Part shown: positions 1 to 10,100 of the stretch, in pieces
How the letters are laid out: each line of letters starts with the position of its first letter
How positions within the stretch are numbered: position 1 is the first letter of the stretch
Assembly (NCBI GenBank): GCA_035946615.1
Contig: DASYZB010000161.1
Coordinates: forward strand, 6,881-70,880
Direction of reading: 5' to 3'
DNA: 64,000 nt
DNA from: Verrucomicrobiia bacterium
GTDB taxonomy: Bacteria; Verrucomicrobiota; Verrucomicrobiia; Limisphaerales; UBA8199
The notes under the pieces: model-generated
Told to the model about the DNA's origin: nothing
Database searches by the model: none
The model's input: the letters and a program-made list of their open reading frames with translations, nothing else
Program-made: the position numbers and the translations under genes

Positions 1-548
1 CACAGAAAACCATGGCCAATAGCAGCCAGCAGGCACGCAACGTCGATGGCTCACTGAAGATTCTGGGAACGATCTCTACTGGCCCTGTGCTGCTCGTTGA
101 TGATATGGTGGATTCCAGATGGACGATGACAGTCGCCGCGTATCTGTTAACAACTCAGGGCAGTGGACCAGTGTTTCCGCTGGCGCTGGCCTCCGCCCTG
201 GTAATCACCTCGGATTTTAAAAAAGGGTGGAACTTGGGCGGGCGCCATCGAGCAGTTGGAGCGATTTCGCCTGGTTCCGCTGTTTGTCCGCGAAGGAGCC
301 AACACCGGCAAGGGCAATGCGGCGCTACTGCAACGCGGCGCCCAGCCATGGCGCGATCCGCGCAATTCCGCAGAATTTTGCCAGGCCCTTTCCGAGGCGG
401 TGGCAGCGGCTGCCGCAGAACCGAAACAGGAAACACTGTCATTTGCGCTTCGCGAGCAGCCACCAACGAACCCAAAAACCAAGGACATCCAATCAGTCGA
501 ACGACACAACGCGCCCAAACCGCTCGCCCAAACGCAGCGCCCGCATGA
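1..548 (+). CDS. 3' end of a helicase-associated phosphoribosyltransferase-like domain protein (RecQ-family C-terminal module); 3' boundary unreliable
   Basis: The ORF is open from the window edge (track ORF 12..548). The first ~70 codons read LKILGTISTGPVLLVDDMVDSRWTMTVAAYLLTTQGSGPVFPLALA. This is a PRTase-type strand/acidic pair/loop/helix motif that I recognise from C-termini of RecQ-family helicases. Beyond nt ~225 the frame becomes Arg/Pro/Gln/Ala-rich and loses third-position GC bias, so the stop at 546-548 is probably not the true end (see the frame-switch finding). Confidence 0.4.
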   Translation, partial: QKTMANSSQQARNVDGSLKILGTISTGPVLLVDDMVDSRWTMTVAAYLLTTQGSGPVFPLALASALVITSDFKKGWNLGGRHRAVGAISPGSAVCPRRSQHRQGQCGATATRRPAMARSAQFRRILPGPFRGGGSGCRRTETGNTVICASRAATNEPKNQGHPISRTTQRAQTARPNAAPA

Positions 549-1258
549 AAGTCACTTTATTCGTTCCTTGTTTTGTCGATTTGATGTTCCCCAAGGTCGG
601 CATCAGCATGGTCCATATCCTGGAAGCGTTGGGACATACAGTGGAGTGCCCTGAAGAATTGGCCTGCTGCGGGCAACCCGCCTATAACTCGGGCTATTGG
701 GAAGAAGCGCGCGCGGTGGCCAGCAGGGTGCTGGAGCGCCTGGAAAACGCCGAGGCCGTAGTGATTGGCTCTGGTTCCTGTGGGGCGATGCTGCGCGTGT
801 TTTACCCGGAGCTTTTTGTCAAAACCCAGTACGAACGCGCCTCGCGGGCTTTGGCCGAGAAGTGCTATGAGTTCTCTGAATTCCTTGTATCGCGTCTGGG
901 GGTGAGCGACCTGGGAGCGCGGTTCCCGGCGAAGGTGACTTTTCATGATGGCTGCCACGGGTTGCGTGAGCTGAGGATCAGCACCCAGGCGCGCCAGCTT
1001 CTGGCGCACGTGCGCGGGCTAGAACTCGTCGAGATGGCGGAGAAGGTCTGTTGCGGGTTTGGAGGCACCTTTGCCACAAAATTCCCCATGATCTCGACGG
1101 CAATGGGCGAGGTGAAATGCGCTCAGGCCCACGCGACGGGGGCGGACTATATTGTGTCGAGTGATTCCAGTTGCCTGATGCATATCCAGGGATTGCTGGA
1201 CCGCCAGGGCAGCCGGATGAAGACGATTCACCTGGCGGAGATTCTGGCTCAATCATGA
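545..1258 (+). CDS. lutA: Lactate utilization protein A (CCG-domain Fe-S oxidoreductase)
   Basis: Starts at ATG 545 (MKVTLFVPCFVDLMFP...). Two CCG cysteine motifs are present (ELACCGQPAYNSG and KVCCGFGGTF). It is the first of three overlapping lutABC genes. The 227..544 part of the track ORF looks non-coding. Confidence 0.9.
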   Translation: MKVTLFVPCFVDLMFPKVGISMVHILEALGHTVECPEELACCGQPAYNSGYWEEARAVASRVLERLENAEAVVIGSGSCGAMLRVFYPELFVKTQYERASRALAEKCYEFSEFLVSRLGVSDLGARFPAKVTFHDGCHGLRELRISTQARQLLAHVRGLELVEMAEKVCCGFGGTFATKFPMISTAMGEVKCAQAHATGADYIVSSDSSCLMHIQGLLDRQGSRMKTIHLAEILAQS

Positions 1259-2682
1259 AGGCACTGGTCCGTCAGTTCAAAACCCAGGCCCGCCGGCTCA
1301 CCGCCGACCTACGCCACCGTGACCTCATCCAGTCGGCCCTGCTCAACTACGAAACCGCCCGCGATAAAACCAAAGCGGCATTTCAGGATTGGGCGGCAGC
1401 CCGCCAGGCTGCGGCGGAGACAAAGTGGGAGGCAATCAATCACCTGGACAAATATCTCATCGAGTTTTCCCGCAATCTTGAATCGCGCGGCGCCCGCGTC
1501 CATTGGGCCAGCACCGGCGAGCAGGCGCGGGACATCATCCTGGAAATCATCCGCCAGAAAAAGGCGCGCTCGATTATCAAATCCAAGGCGATGACCTCCG
1601 AGGAGATTCATCTCAACAAGGCGCTCGAGGAAGAAGGCTTTGAGGTCGTCGAGTCTGACCTGGGTGAGTTCATCGTTCAGCTCCGAAAGGAAACGCCTTA
1701 TCACATCGTCTTTCCGGCCATGCACCTCACACGAGGGGACATCAGCCAGCTCTTTACGCAAGAGCTGGGCAGCGCACCGACTCAGAATCCCGAGGACCTT
1801 ACCCTTATCGCGCGGCGCGTCTTGCGACAGAAGTACCTCTCCGCCGACATCGGATTGACAGGAGCCAATTTCGCCATCGCCGAGACCGGGATGATTTCAA
1901 TTACCGAAAATGAAGGCAATGCGAGGCTGACTGCGGCATTGCCCAAAGTGATGGTGACTCTGCTCGGGATAGAAAAGATTCTGCCCCGGTTGGAGGACCT
2001 GGCGCTCTTCCTGCCGATGTTGGCGACCATCGGCACCGGCCAGGCCCTGACCTGCTACAATTCATTCTATGGCGGGCCGCGCCAACCCGGGGAGCCGGAC
2101 GGCCCGGAAGAGTTCCATGTCGTGCTACTGGATAATCGCCGCACCCAGCTCCTGGCCGATGCCGAGCAGCGGGATTCCCTGCATTGCATCCGGTGCGGCG
2201 GCTGCCTCAATGTCTGCCCCATATTCCGCAACGTGGGCGGTCACACCTACGGCACCACCTATTCAGGCCCGATCGGTTCGGTGATTACCCCGCACCTGCG
2301 CGGCCTTCAGGATTGGAAGCATCTGTCGTATGCCAGCTCGCTGTGCGGCGCCTGCACGGAGATTTGCCCGGTTAAAATCGATTTGCACCATCACCTGCTC
2401 CAAAACCGGCGTAATGCCGTCAGGCAGAAACCCTCTCTTTTCGAGAAGATGGCTTTCAAACTTTTCGCCATGGTCATGAATCGGCCCGCGCTTTATCGAG
2501 GCCTCAAGACAGCCGGCCGCTTCCTCCAGCACGCGCACCCGTTGATTAAAGGGACTCGGCTCGACCCCGCTCGCGCATGGACTCGCACCCGCGAGCTGCC
2601 GCCGCTCGCGCCGCGGACTTTTAAAGAATACTGGGCCAAAAGAGCCGCCGGCCAAATCCAGAATCGACAGGAACCAAATTGA
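1255..2682 (+). CDS. lutB: Lactate utilization protein B (4Fe-4S, LUD domain)
   Basis: ATG 1255 overlaps the lutA stop (ATGA). Two ferredoxin-type motifs are present, CIRCGGCLNVCP and CGACTEICP. The ~475 aa length fits LutB. Confidence 0.9.
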   Translation: MKALVRQFKTQARRLTADLRHRDLIQSALLNYETARDKTKAAFQDWAAARQAAAETKWEAINHLDKYLIEFSRNLESRGARVHWASTGEQARDIILEIIRQKKARSIIKSKAMTSEEIHLNKALEEEGFEVVESDLGEFIVQLRKETPYHIVFPAMHLTRGDISQLFTQELGSAPTQNPEDLTLIARRVLRQKYLSADIGLTGANFAIAETGMISITENEGNARLTAALPKVMVTLLGIEKILPRLEDLALFLPMLATIGTGQALTCYNSFYGGPRQPGEPDGPEEFHVVLLDNRRTQLLADAEQRDSLHCIRCGGCLNVCPIFRNVGGHTYGTTYSGPIGSVITPHLRGLQDWKHLSYASSLCGACTEICPVKIDLHHHLLQNRRNAVRQKPSLFEKMAFKLFAMVMNRPALYRGLKTAGRFLQHAHPLIKGTRLDPARAWTRTRELPPLAPRTFKEYWAKRAAGQIQNRQEPN

Positions 2683-3368
2683 ACGAGCGCGAGAACATCC
2701 TGGGGCGAATCCGTGAGGCCCTCACGACGCCAGCCCCGCTTCCCGGTCACAACGCCCATGCCGCTGTGAAGGGGCCCCTGGCGCCCGCCGCGCCGGAAGA
2801 TGCCCGTCAGTGGTTGCCGCTGGTGGGAGCTACACCCCAGGAGCGCCTGGCACGCTTCGAGCAGAATGCCGCCCTGTTAAAGGCTGGCTTTCATCTGGTC
2901 AGTGGACTGGACCAATTAAGAGGTCTGCTCCTGGCGCTTCGCGATGGCGAAGCTTGGAAGAAAGTCGCGGCTCATCAGGGTGAGTTGACGGATTTTGCCT
3001 GCAATGCCCTTGGCTTGCCGGTCTGCAGGACAGACGCGGCTTACGAGATCGCGGAGTTGGAAACCTGCAGTGTTGGACTGAGCGAATGCGACGCTTTGGT
3101 TGCCCAGACAGGCAGCGTATTGGTGACCAGCCGCAGCGCGGGCGGCAGGGCCTTATCTGTATTGCCTCCCCACCATGTCGTGTTCGCCCGGCGGGTGCAG
3201 TTGCTGGGCGACCTGCCTGAAGCCTTTGCTTTGATCAAGAAAAAATATGCCGGGAATTATCCCAGCTTCATCTCGTTCATCACCGGGCCCAGCCGCACCA
3301 GTGACATCGAGCGCATCCTTGTTTTGGGCGCGCACGGGCCGAGGAAGCTCACGATTCTTTGCGTTTAA
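2679..3368 (+). CDS. lutC: Lactate utilization protein C (LUD/YkgG family)
   Basis: TTG 2679 overlaps the lutB stop (TTGA). The N-terminus MNERENILGRIREAL and the C-terminal FITGPSRTSDIERILVLGAHGP are typical of LutC. It is third in the lutABC order. Confidence 0.85.
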   Translation: MNERENILGRIREALTTPAPLPGHNAHAAVKGPLAPAAPEDARQWLPLVGATPQERLARFEQNAALLKAGFHLVSGLDQLRGLLLALRDGEAWKKVAAHQGELTDFACNALGLPVCRTDAAYEIAELETCSVGLSECDALVAQTGSVLVTSRSAGGRALSVLPPHHVVFARRVQLLGDLPEAFALIKKKYAGNYPSFISFITGPSRTSDIERILVLGAHGPRKLTILCV

Positions 3369-4327
3369 GATCGAGCCGCAAAATCGCCTTTGAGATTTGT
3401 TGCGCGAGGAAAGGTGAAGGTCGGGGACTCCAAAGCGAGGGCCTGGCCGAAATTCAGCATGGCGTTAAATCCGGCCTGTTCCACCGCCACCGGTTTTATA
3501 AAGAGATTGGCCGCCGCGCCTTTAATGGACCCGAGAAGCTTCTGCATGCGGCTGTTGCAGGCATCCTTCCGACTCACCGAGGCGACGGTTATTTCCATTT
3601 TAGCCGCGCCCGGGTTCCTGCGGAAGGTGAGCGTGTTCACACGGGCGATCATGTCGTTTTGGTTGCGAAAAACCCCATCCTGAAACTTGATATCGTGGAG
3701 ATCGATGGTGACCGGGCTGGGATGCCCGTGGGCATTGAAGCGCAACCGGACCTCGGTGATTACCGGGACCCGATTGGCAATTGTTCCCTCGATTTCAATT
3801 GTCCCCTTGCCAGAGCCCTCGACATTTATCGAGCCGAGCTGCTGTTCGAGCGCGCCACCGGCCTTGAGCTCCGATTCATGGCGGAGGATTTCCTGAGTAT
3901 GATCAATAATATGCCGATAAACACCCGCGCCCACGAACTCAAAATCGCAGGTCACCTGCAGGGAATTGCCATTGATTCGGCGTGTGGCCGAAATGACGCG
4001 CGCCTGTTGAGTGTTGGACGGATTCGTGGCAACCGACACTGGTTGAGGTGAGATCAGTGGCACAAAATACATAAACTTGCCCAACGGATTCTCGCAGGCG
4101 GCTCCCCGTCCGTAGTCCAGATGCAGGGTCGGCCCAGCTTCTTCCGCCGCCGCGGGTGCCCCCGCTTGTTCAACCTTTGATGACTCTGACGCCATGGCTG
4201 TCAATCCGGCTCCAGCGACCAAAACAGCCATCAAGGCCTGACGGGTGAATTCTTTCCACCTGCCCTTCCTGATGTGGTCTGCCGTGTTTAGAAATCGATT
4301 CCAAATTCTTATGTACAAATGCTCCAT
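3365..4327 (-). CDS. Hypothetical secreted or membrane-anchored protein
   Basis: The ORF runs to 4354; the best start is ATG 4327 (MEHLY...). A basic stretch plus the hydrophobic segment ALMAVLVAGAGLTAMA looks like a signal peptide or anchor. An Ala/Glu linker and ~250 aa of beta-rich sequence follow. The opposite-strand ORF 3359..4051 is an Arg/Gly-rich shadow. No family recognised. Confidence 0.6.
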   Translation of the reverse strand: MEHLYIRIWNRFLNTADHIRKGRWKEFTRQALMAVLVAGAGLTAMASESSKVEQAGAPAAAEEAGPTLHLDYGRGAACENPLGKFMYFVPLISPQPVSVATNPSNTQQARVISATRRINGNSLQVTCDFEFVGAGVYRHIIDHTQEILRHESELKAGGALEQQLGSINVEGSGKGTIEIEGTIANRVPVITEVRLRFNAHGHPSPVTIDLHDIKFQDGVFRNQNDMIARVNTLTFRRNPGAAKMEITVASVSRKDACNSRMQKLLGSIKGAAANLFIKPVAVEQAGFNAMLNFGQALALESPTFTFPRATNLKGDFAARS

Positions 4328-4477
4328 TTTAATTCTTCTACCTGGGACTCTCATCCGGTGCGTTCAACATAACCCCGAACCTGTAAAAAGAAAGGCCGGA
4401 CCTGGGAAAAATTGGCTAAGAAATTGGCAAGGGAGGGTTAGAAGCTTCTGATGATTAGGTTCTAGAGTTTTTCTGCG

Positions 4478-4852
4478 ATGAATGATGACGGCCAGCAATT
4501 CCTTGAGCGGCTTGCCCAATCGCCGCACAGGACCTTCGAGCGGCATTTTGCCAGGGCTGCCATCAGCTTGAATCTGGGTCCGGTCCTGAGCGCTGCCGAG
4601 TTGGAGATGCTGTACCGGGCTGCGTACCTGGCCACTCTGTGCAATATCGCTTTCAACGGCCTGGGCGGGTGCGCTTCCAAGATTAAACCCGAGCGCGAAG
4701 CCAATCGCGTCAGACTCGAACGAAGCTACATGATGGCGAGGGATGTTTTTTATGCGACGCTGGGCTGGAGCAGCATAGGGGAATCTCGAAAAAGTCGGGT
4801 TCAGAACGTATTCCTGGCTGTCTCGATAGCCGAACATAATCTCTTGCGATAG
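4478..4852 (+). CDS. Hypothetical protein (124 aa)
   Basis: The ATG ORF shows clear G/C preference at third codon positions and a helical-looking sequence (LSAAELEMLYRAAYLATLCNIAF). The competing antisense ORF 4364..4891 lacks this bias. No family recognised. Confidence 0.35.
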   Translation: MNDDGQQFLERLAQSPHRTFERHFARAAISLNLGPVLSAAELEMLYRAAYLATLCNIAFNGLGGCASKIKPEREANRVRLERSYMMARDVFYATLGWSSIGESRKSRVQNVFLAVSIAEHNLLR

Positions 4853-4968
4853 TCTCAGGGCCAATGAGGTCAGTTCCAAGGTGAGTTCCAAACTTTTTGT
4901 CGTAAAGCAACAAAAGCCCGCCCTGGGGTTGCCACCCCATTGGCGCTCCCCTGCCTTTGTGATTAGCT

Positions 4969-6225
4969 TTGCTCACCGCAATGAGAGCAGGTGAGAATGC
5001 AGGGTCTCGATTGTTGTACCTGGGCTTTGCTTTTCCGCCGGGGGTCCAGGGTCTCTACCCGGAACGCAACCCCGCCGGACACGCCTTGGAAACGCAAATG
5101 ATTTCCGAGTTGCGCCGGCATTTTCAGATTCGCTCAGCAGGGGTGTTGCCGATCATTCCACCTGTTGTGCAGGATGCGCAGCCGGATTCGGGCATTGCGC
5201 ACGAGGTCCTCCTGCTCGAAAAGCCGCCCGAGCTTTTCCATCGCTTCCGTTCTTTGGCCCGGCTGAAGGCGGAATACCTCCGATGGCGCGCCGCCGGGTG
5301 GCAGCCAGAGACGATTCTGGTGTACAACCTCTCGCCTATTTATAACCAGTTTCTGCTGTGGTTGCGGCGTCAGCCGGATTGTCCCAAACTGGTGCTCCTG
5401 TTGCTCGACAGCGCGAATCTGGGCCAGCATCTGCCGCGGCTCAAGCGCCTCCGGCGCGGGCTCAAACCGATGTGCATTCCCGATTCGGAAATGATCCCGC
5501 ACTTCGACGCCTGCGTTGGCCTGAGCCGGGACACCGAACACTATTTCCGTCGAAGGCAAATTCCGTTCCTCTGGATGCCGGGTGCTTGCACGCCCTCGCG
5601 CGCCCTTCGTCCGTGCCAACGCGGCCTGTCTAACGGGGACAACGGCCCTATACGTTTTGGCTATTTCGGGGCATTGGGCGCGCACTCCGGCATCAAGCCG
5701 CTTATCTCGGCATTCCTTTCGCAGGATTTGCCCGCGACGCTGGAACTGTGCGGTTATGGCAAATCCAGCGCCGAATTGACCAGCCTGGCCCGCCAGGATG
5801 CGCGGCTCAAGTTTCTGGGCTTGCTCACGCCCTCTGAGTGTATCGAGTTTGGCCACCGTTGCGATGTGCTGGTGAACCCCCGCCCTGCAAGCCACGGCAA
5901 TGAAAATAATTTTGCTTCCAAGCTTTTCGATTATGCGCTCAGCGGGCGCGCCATCCTGACTTCTAGCCTTTCCGGGGTGGAAGGAGTGCTGGGCTCCGAG
6001 GCCTTTTATTTCGACCCGCGCCAGTTCAATGAGAGTCTCCAAGAGCGGCTAGCTGAAATCGTCTCCATGCCGAGGGCTGAATTGCATCGGCGCGGGGAGG
6101 CCATTCAGCAGCGGATCGTGTCTGAATTTACCTGGGAAAAACAAGCCGGACGGCTGGCGGAGTTCATTAAAGCGGTTCACGTAAAGGAATCTGCAGTCGA
6201 ATTAACCGAGGCTCTGGCGGCCTGA
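4969..6225 (+). CDS. Glycosyltransferase, GT-B fold (family 1/4-like)
   Basis: 418 aa. The C-terminal half carries the GT1-type nucleotide-sugar motif region (VLVNPRPASHGNENNFASKLFDYALSGRAILTS). The start is TTG 4969 or ATG 4981. Confidence 0.65.
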   Translation: MLTAMRAGENAGSRLLYLGFAFPPGVQGLYPERNPAGHALETQMISELRRHFQIRSAGVLPIIPPVVQDAQPDSGIAHEVLLLEKPPELFHRFRSLARLKAEYLRWRAAGWQPETILVYNLSPIYNQFLLWLRRQPDCPKLVLLLLDSANLGQHLPRLKRLRRGLKPMCIPDSEMIPHFDACVGLSRDTEHYFRRRQIPFLWMPGACTPSRALRPCQRGLSNGDNGPIRFGYFGALGAHSGIKPLISAFLSQDLPATLELCGYGKSSAELTSLARQDARLKFLGLLTPSECIEFGHRCDVLVNPRPASHGNENNFASKLFDYALSGRAILTSSLSGVEGVLGSEAFYFDPRQFNESLQERLAEIVSMPRAELHRRGEAIQQRIVSEFTWEKQAGRLAEFIKAVHVKESAVELTEALAA

Positions 6226-6261
6226 GGAAAGCCGTTGGTTTGAGCATCGGATTAGTGGTTG

Positions 6262-7164
6262 TTAGTACTTTCGCAGTTCCCATTTCCCGAGGTCGGCGCG
6301 ATACACAACCCGATTAGCAACACCTTGTTGGCCGGTAGCAAAGGCATGCCGGCGCTGAAGGTACCGAAGGACCTTGCCGGCATTCTTAAGCCAAAGGCCC
6401 TTGAGGCTCGAAGGGGGTTTGCCGCCATGGCGTTCGAGGCAGTGGCGGGCCTGACGCAGGTACTCCTCCATCTTTTGGGCGGTTTTCTGCGCCGGATGCT
6501 GGCGGAAACCAGCTAGCGGAATGGGAGTGGAAAAAAGCTCCGCCTCTATGGCGAAACGCACCCACAGGTCGTAATCGGCTGCCAGATTGCAGTTTTTATC
6601 CAACCGTCCACCAGCGCGTTCCCAGAGCGAGCGGCGCCAAAAAGTCGATTCCTGCTGAATAAAGGACCAAGCGGCCCATCCGCAGCCGGGCAGCGTGCCT
6701 CCTTTGAGAATGAGCCGGCTCGAAAAGCCCGGGTGATATTCGCAGCGCATGGGCCGCCCGTCGCCATTCCAAAAGAGGTGAAACAACGACGTGAGCCACT
6801 CGATTTGCGGGAGAGAACCCATGACATCGGCCACGACACCAAAACTCCAAGGCAGGTACTTATCATCTGCATTCAACCAGGCCATAATGTCACCCGTAGT
6901 ATGGCCAAAGCCTTTGTTGATGGCATCATATTGGCCGGCATCAGGTTCGCTAACCCACCAGTGAAGGCGGTCTGCATATTTCCGAATGATTTCGACGCTG
7001 CCATCGGTCGAGCCGCCGTCCACCACCACATACTGCAAATCCGGGTAATTCTGATCCAGGACCGAGCGGATGGTTTGTTCGAGAAATGTTCCCTGGTTGA
7101 ACGAGGGGGTAACGATTGAAATTCGCGGCCAGTGGGGAGTTAGGGGTGGCGCGGAAGGGCTCAT
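6262..7164 (-). CDS. Glycosyltransferase family 2
   Basis: The N-terminus PRISIVTPSFNQGTFLEQTIRSVLDQNYPDLQYVVVDGGSTDGS and the DXD-type WLNADD are classic GT2 (GT-A) motifs. Confidence 0.85.
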   Translation of the reverse strand: MSPSAPPLTPHWPRISIVTPSFNQGTFLEQTIRSVLDQNYPDLQYVVVDGGSTDGSVEIIRKYADRLHWWVSEPDAGQYDAINKGFGHTTGDIMAWLNADDKYLPWSFGVVADVMGSLPQIEWLTSLFHLFWNGDGRPMRCEYHPGFSSRLILKGGTLPGCGWAAWSFIQQESTFWRRSLWERAGGRLDKNCNLAADYDLWVRFAIEAELFSTPIPLAGFRQHPAQKTAQKMEEYLRQARHCLERHGGKPPSSLKGLWLKNAGKVLRYLQRRHAFATGQQGVANRVVYRADLGKWELRKY

Positions 7165-7184
7165 GAAGTGTGAGAATCCGCGGC

Positions 7185-10100
7185 TTAGCGGCCGCGCCTT
7201 TTTTTCCTGAGTTCATTACGGTTCATCCGTGAGAGCCAGGCGCCGGGATGAAGGACCCATGGCACTGATTTTTGCCTGTACTCCTGGAGACGCTTCGAGT
7301 AATACTCTTCAATGCGCTTTTCCAATGCGCTCTCGGTCTCGCCCAAGCCGCACCGCCCTTGCATTCCGATGGAAAGCGCTTCTGTGTCCTGTTTTGAAAG
7401 GTGCTCCGAATCGAGCAGGTAATCCACCTCTGGCATGGGCGTATCGGTTTGGGATTGAAAGGTGATGTTGGGCGCCAACCGCGCGCCGCGGGCGGCCAAG
7501 GCATCGCGCAAGGCAAACCAAAGGGTGTGATAGGAGGAAGCCAGCGAGAAATGGGTTTTTACGTAAAGCTCGCCCCAGACAGCCAGGTCTCGACGCAATT
7601 GCGGTTGGGCGTGCAAGGAGGAAATGGTGCGGGCCAGCTCTTCAGGCGCGACCGAGGCGGCGAGACACCCGGAGACTCCGTCGGCCAAAGCTTCGGGAAC
7701 CCCGCCCACTGGATAGGCCACGCTTGGGGTGCCGCAAGCGGCTGCTTCGATGAAGACCTGGCCAAAGGCCTCTTCGAGGCTGGGGGCCACGAACAGGTCC
7801 GCTGCCGAATAGAGCAGAGCCTGTTGAAGGGGTTGATGGGCATAGCCCAGCGCCAAAATCTCTGGGAGTCGCTCCTGCAACTGCTTTCCACCAACCCCGA
7901 TGCAGACCGGCAGCAAGTCCGGGATTGCCAGTCGTTGGAGAGCCTCGATCAGGTGGGCGGCCCCTTTGCGCGCGTCAGCCACATTCGTGCAACAAAAGAG
8001 AAGAACAAACTTGTCTTGTGGCAGCCCTAGCAATTCGCGGCACATCCTTTGGTCGCGCGGCTTGAATACATCGAAAGGCACTCCGTATCGAATCAAGCGC
8101 CTCACGCTCTTTGCCGGACCATCCAGCTCGCTGATTCGGGCGAATACCGAGTCAGCCATCCCAAGGAGCCAGCGGCTGTTGGCGGCCAAAACCAACCCGT
8201 CCGAATTGCTTATCAACTCGCGTTTGGCCTTCCAGGCATCATGGATTCGCTCAGGCGCAAGCGATGGGTATTCATTGGGCGTGGGACAGGACTGATCGCA
8301 GCCGATAAGGTATTTCGTGCAAGCGCCCGGGTAGGCACACCGGCCTGTCAGCAACCAACCGTCATGGAGGACGAAAACCGTCGGCCATTCGGCGGAAATC
8401 CTGGCCAGAACCTCGGGGTCCAACCGAGCGGCGTGTAGATTGCCCACGAGGACCACGTCAGGCTTTTGCGCTCGAATGGTTTGGAGCAGTTTAGGCCCGA
8501 GATGGTGAGAGGGTGCATCCGGCTCCAAAGGGTCCGCTCGAATGGCTACCGGCGCCACCTGGTGGCCGGCTTTGATCAATGCCTGGGCCAGGCGCTTGTG
8601 CGCTATCCCTGCGCCATAGCGAAACCCCAGGTCATTGACCAGCACCACGCGGAGCTTTTCCTTGCACGCCGACGCTGCCTTTGATTTGTAATCTTTGCCC
8701 GCCATAAATTCTTCCCGCACCTTGCGCAACTCAGGCCGGTACTGGTCGGTGTGATAGGTCTTCTGGTCTTGGTGAACGCGGTAGAGCGCCAGCGGCGCCC
8801 CAAGCACCTTCAAACGCGCCCCGGCACTTGCAAAGCGCAGCCATAGTTCGTAATCAAGACTGAAATAGAGCGATTCATCGAGGTGTCCTCCCGCTTTTTC
8901 CCACAGGTTGCGGGTGAAGAAGACCTCCGGTTGGTAAAAAAACTGGCCGGCGTCCCAGCAGTGTTCCTGATCCAGTAATTCTTCCACCGATAACGGGCCA
9001 TCCTCGCAACTGGTCAGATGCTGGTTCAACACCGTCCCGTCCTGGTGGAGTTGGCAGATACCCGTCACCATATCAGCGCCCGAAAGATGGAATCCCAACG
9101 CGACCGCCGCCAATGCGCCAGGGGCCAGCATGTCGTCGCTGTTAAGCCAGGTCAAAATCTCACCTGTCGCCCGGGCGAATCCTTTGTTGATAGCATGGCA
9201 TTGGCCGCGGTCCTTTTCGCTGGCCCAGAAACTCAACCGCGCGCCGTACTTTTGAAGGATTGAAATGGATTCATCAGGCGAACCCCCATCCATGACGATA
9301 TATTCCAGGTTTGGATAGTGTTGGTTCAGCACGGAGAGCAGCGTTTCTTCGAGAAACCGGCCCTGGTTGAATGAAGGGGTGACGACAGTGATGCGAGGCC
9401 AGGCTTTGCCGCCCGGCAAGGTGGCCGGCAGCGGGCGGTTGTCCGGGCAGGCATAAGGCCAGGGGCCATGATCGAGTTCGGTGTGCGAGGGGGAGAGCAG
9501 TTTGCCCCGCAGCAGCGCCTGGTCGGGAATAACCTTGTGCAGCTCTGGTTGTTCCATTCCGTTGTTGAGGTCGTTTGGCTTTATTAGCCCCTCACTTACC
9601 AGACGCGCGCTATCCTCCAAAGCCGGCAAAATCCTGGATGCAGGAGGGGCCATCTGCCCCTGCGAGCGCGGCCAACCCGAGAGCAATTCCTCGAAGAGCT
9701 GAACATATTTGCGCGCCTGCACCTCCAGAGGGAAATGCTCTTGGGCATGGCGCAATGCGTTGTGTTGCCAGTTTTTGACCTGCTCGGGATGCTCGCATGC
9801 AAAAAGCATTGCCGCTGCATAGCGTTGCGGCTGGTTGACCGGCACAAGCAACCCAGTGCGCTCGTGGCTGATTAACTCGGGAATGCCGCCTGCATCCGTG
9901 GCGATAACCGCCGTCCCGCAACTCATCGCCTCAATGATTGTGTTGGGCAAATTGTCTTCCAGCGAAGGCAGGAGAAAAACGTCCGCAGCCGAATAGAGAG
10001 AGCGCAGTTTGTGGTCGGAATCAAAGTGCCCCAAAGGCCTGATGGGCAGTCCGGTCTGGAGATACTGTTCGGAGGCATAGCCAAAGGAGATAAACCGGAC

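Noticed and set aside
215-224. Programmed -1 ribosomal frameshift at TTTTAAAAAA.
   Set aside because: The apparent shift is +1 (frame 3 to frame 1), not -1. The A AAA AAG heptamer is not in the X XXY YYZ phase of the incoming frame. A homopolymer indel or pseudogenisation is the more economical explanation.
227-544. N-terminal extensions of track ORFs (lutA from 227, lutB from 1171, aroQ from 26554, beta-fumarase from 26253, GumN from 49341, udk from 53402, ABC-F from 36658).
   Set aside because: In each case the conserved protein begins at an internal start that abuts or overlaps the previous gene's stop. The upstream extension overlaps the preceding gene out of frame or is compositionally non-coding.
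4364-4891. 175-aa minus-strand ORF competing with the 124-aa plus-strand ORF 4478..4852.
   Set aside because: Third-position G/C preference follows the plus-strand frame. The minus-strand product has no coherent hydrophobic or charge pattern. Neither call is strong.
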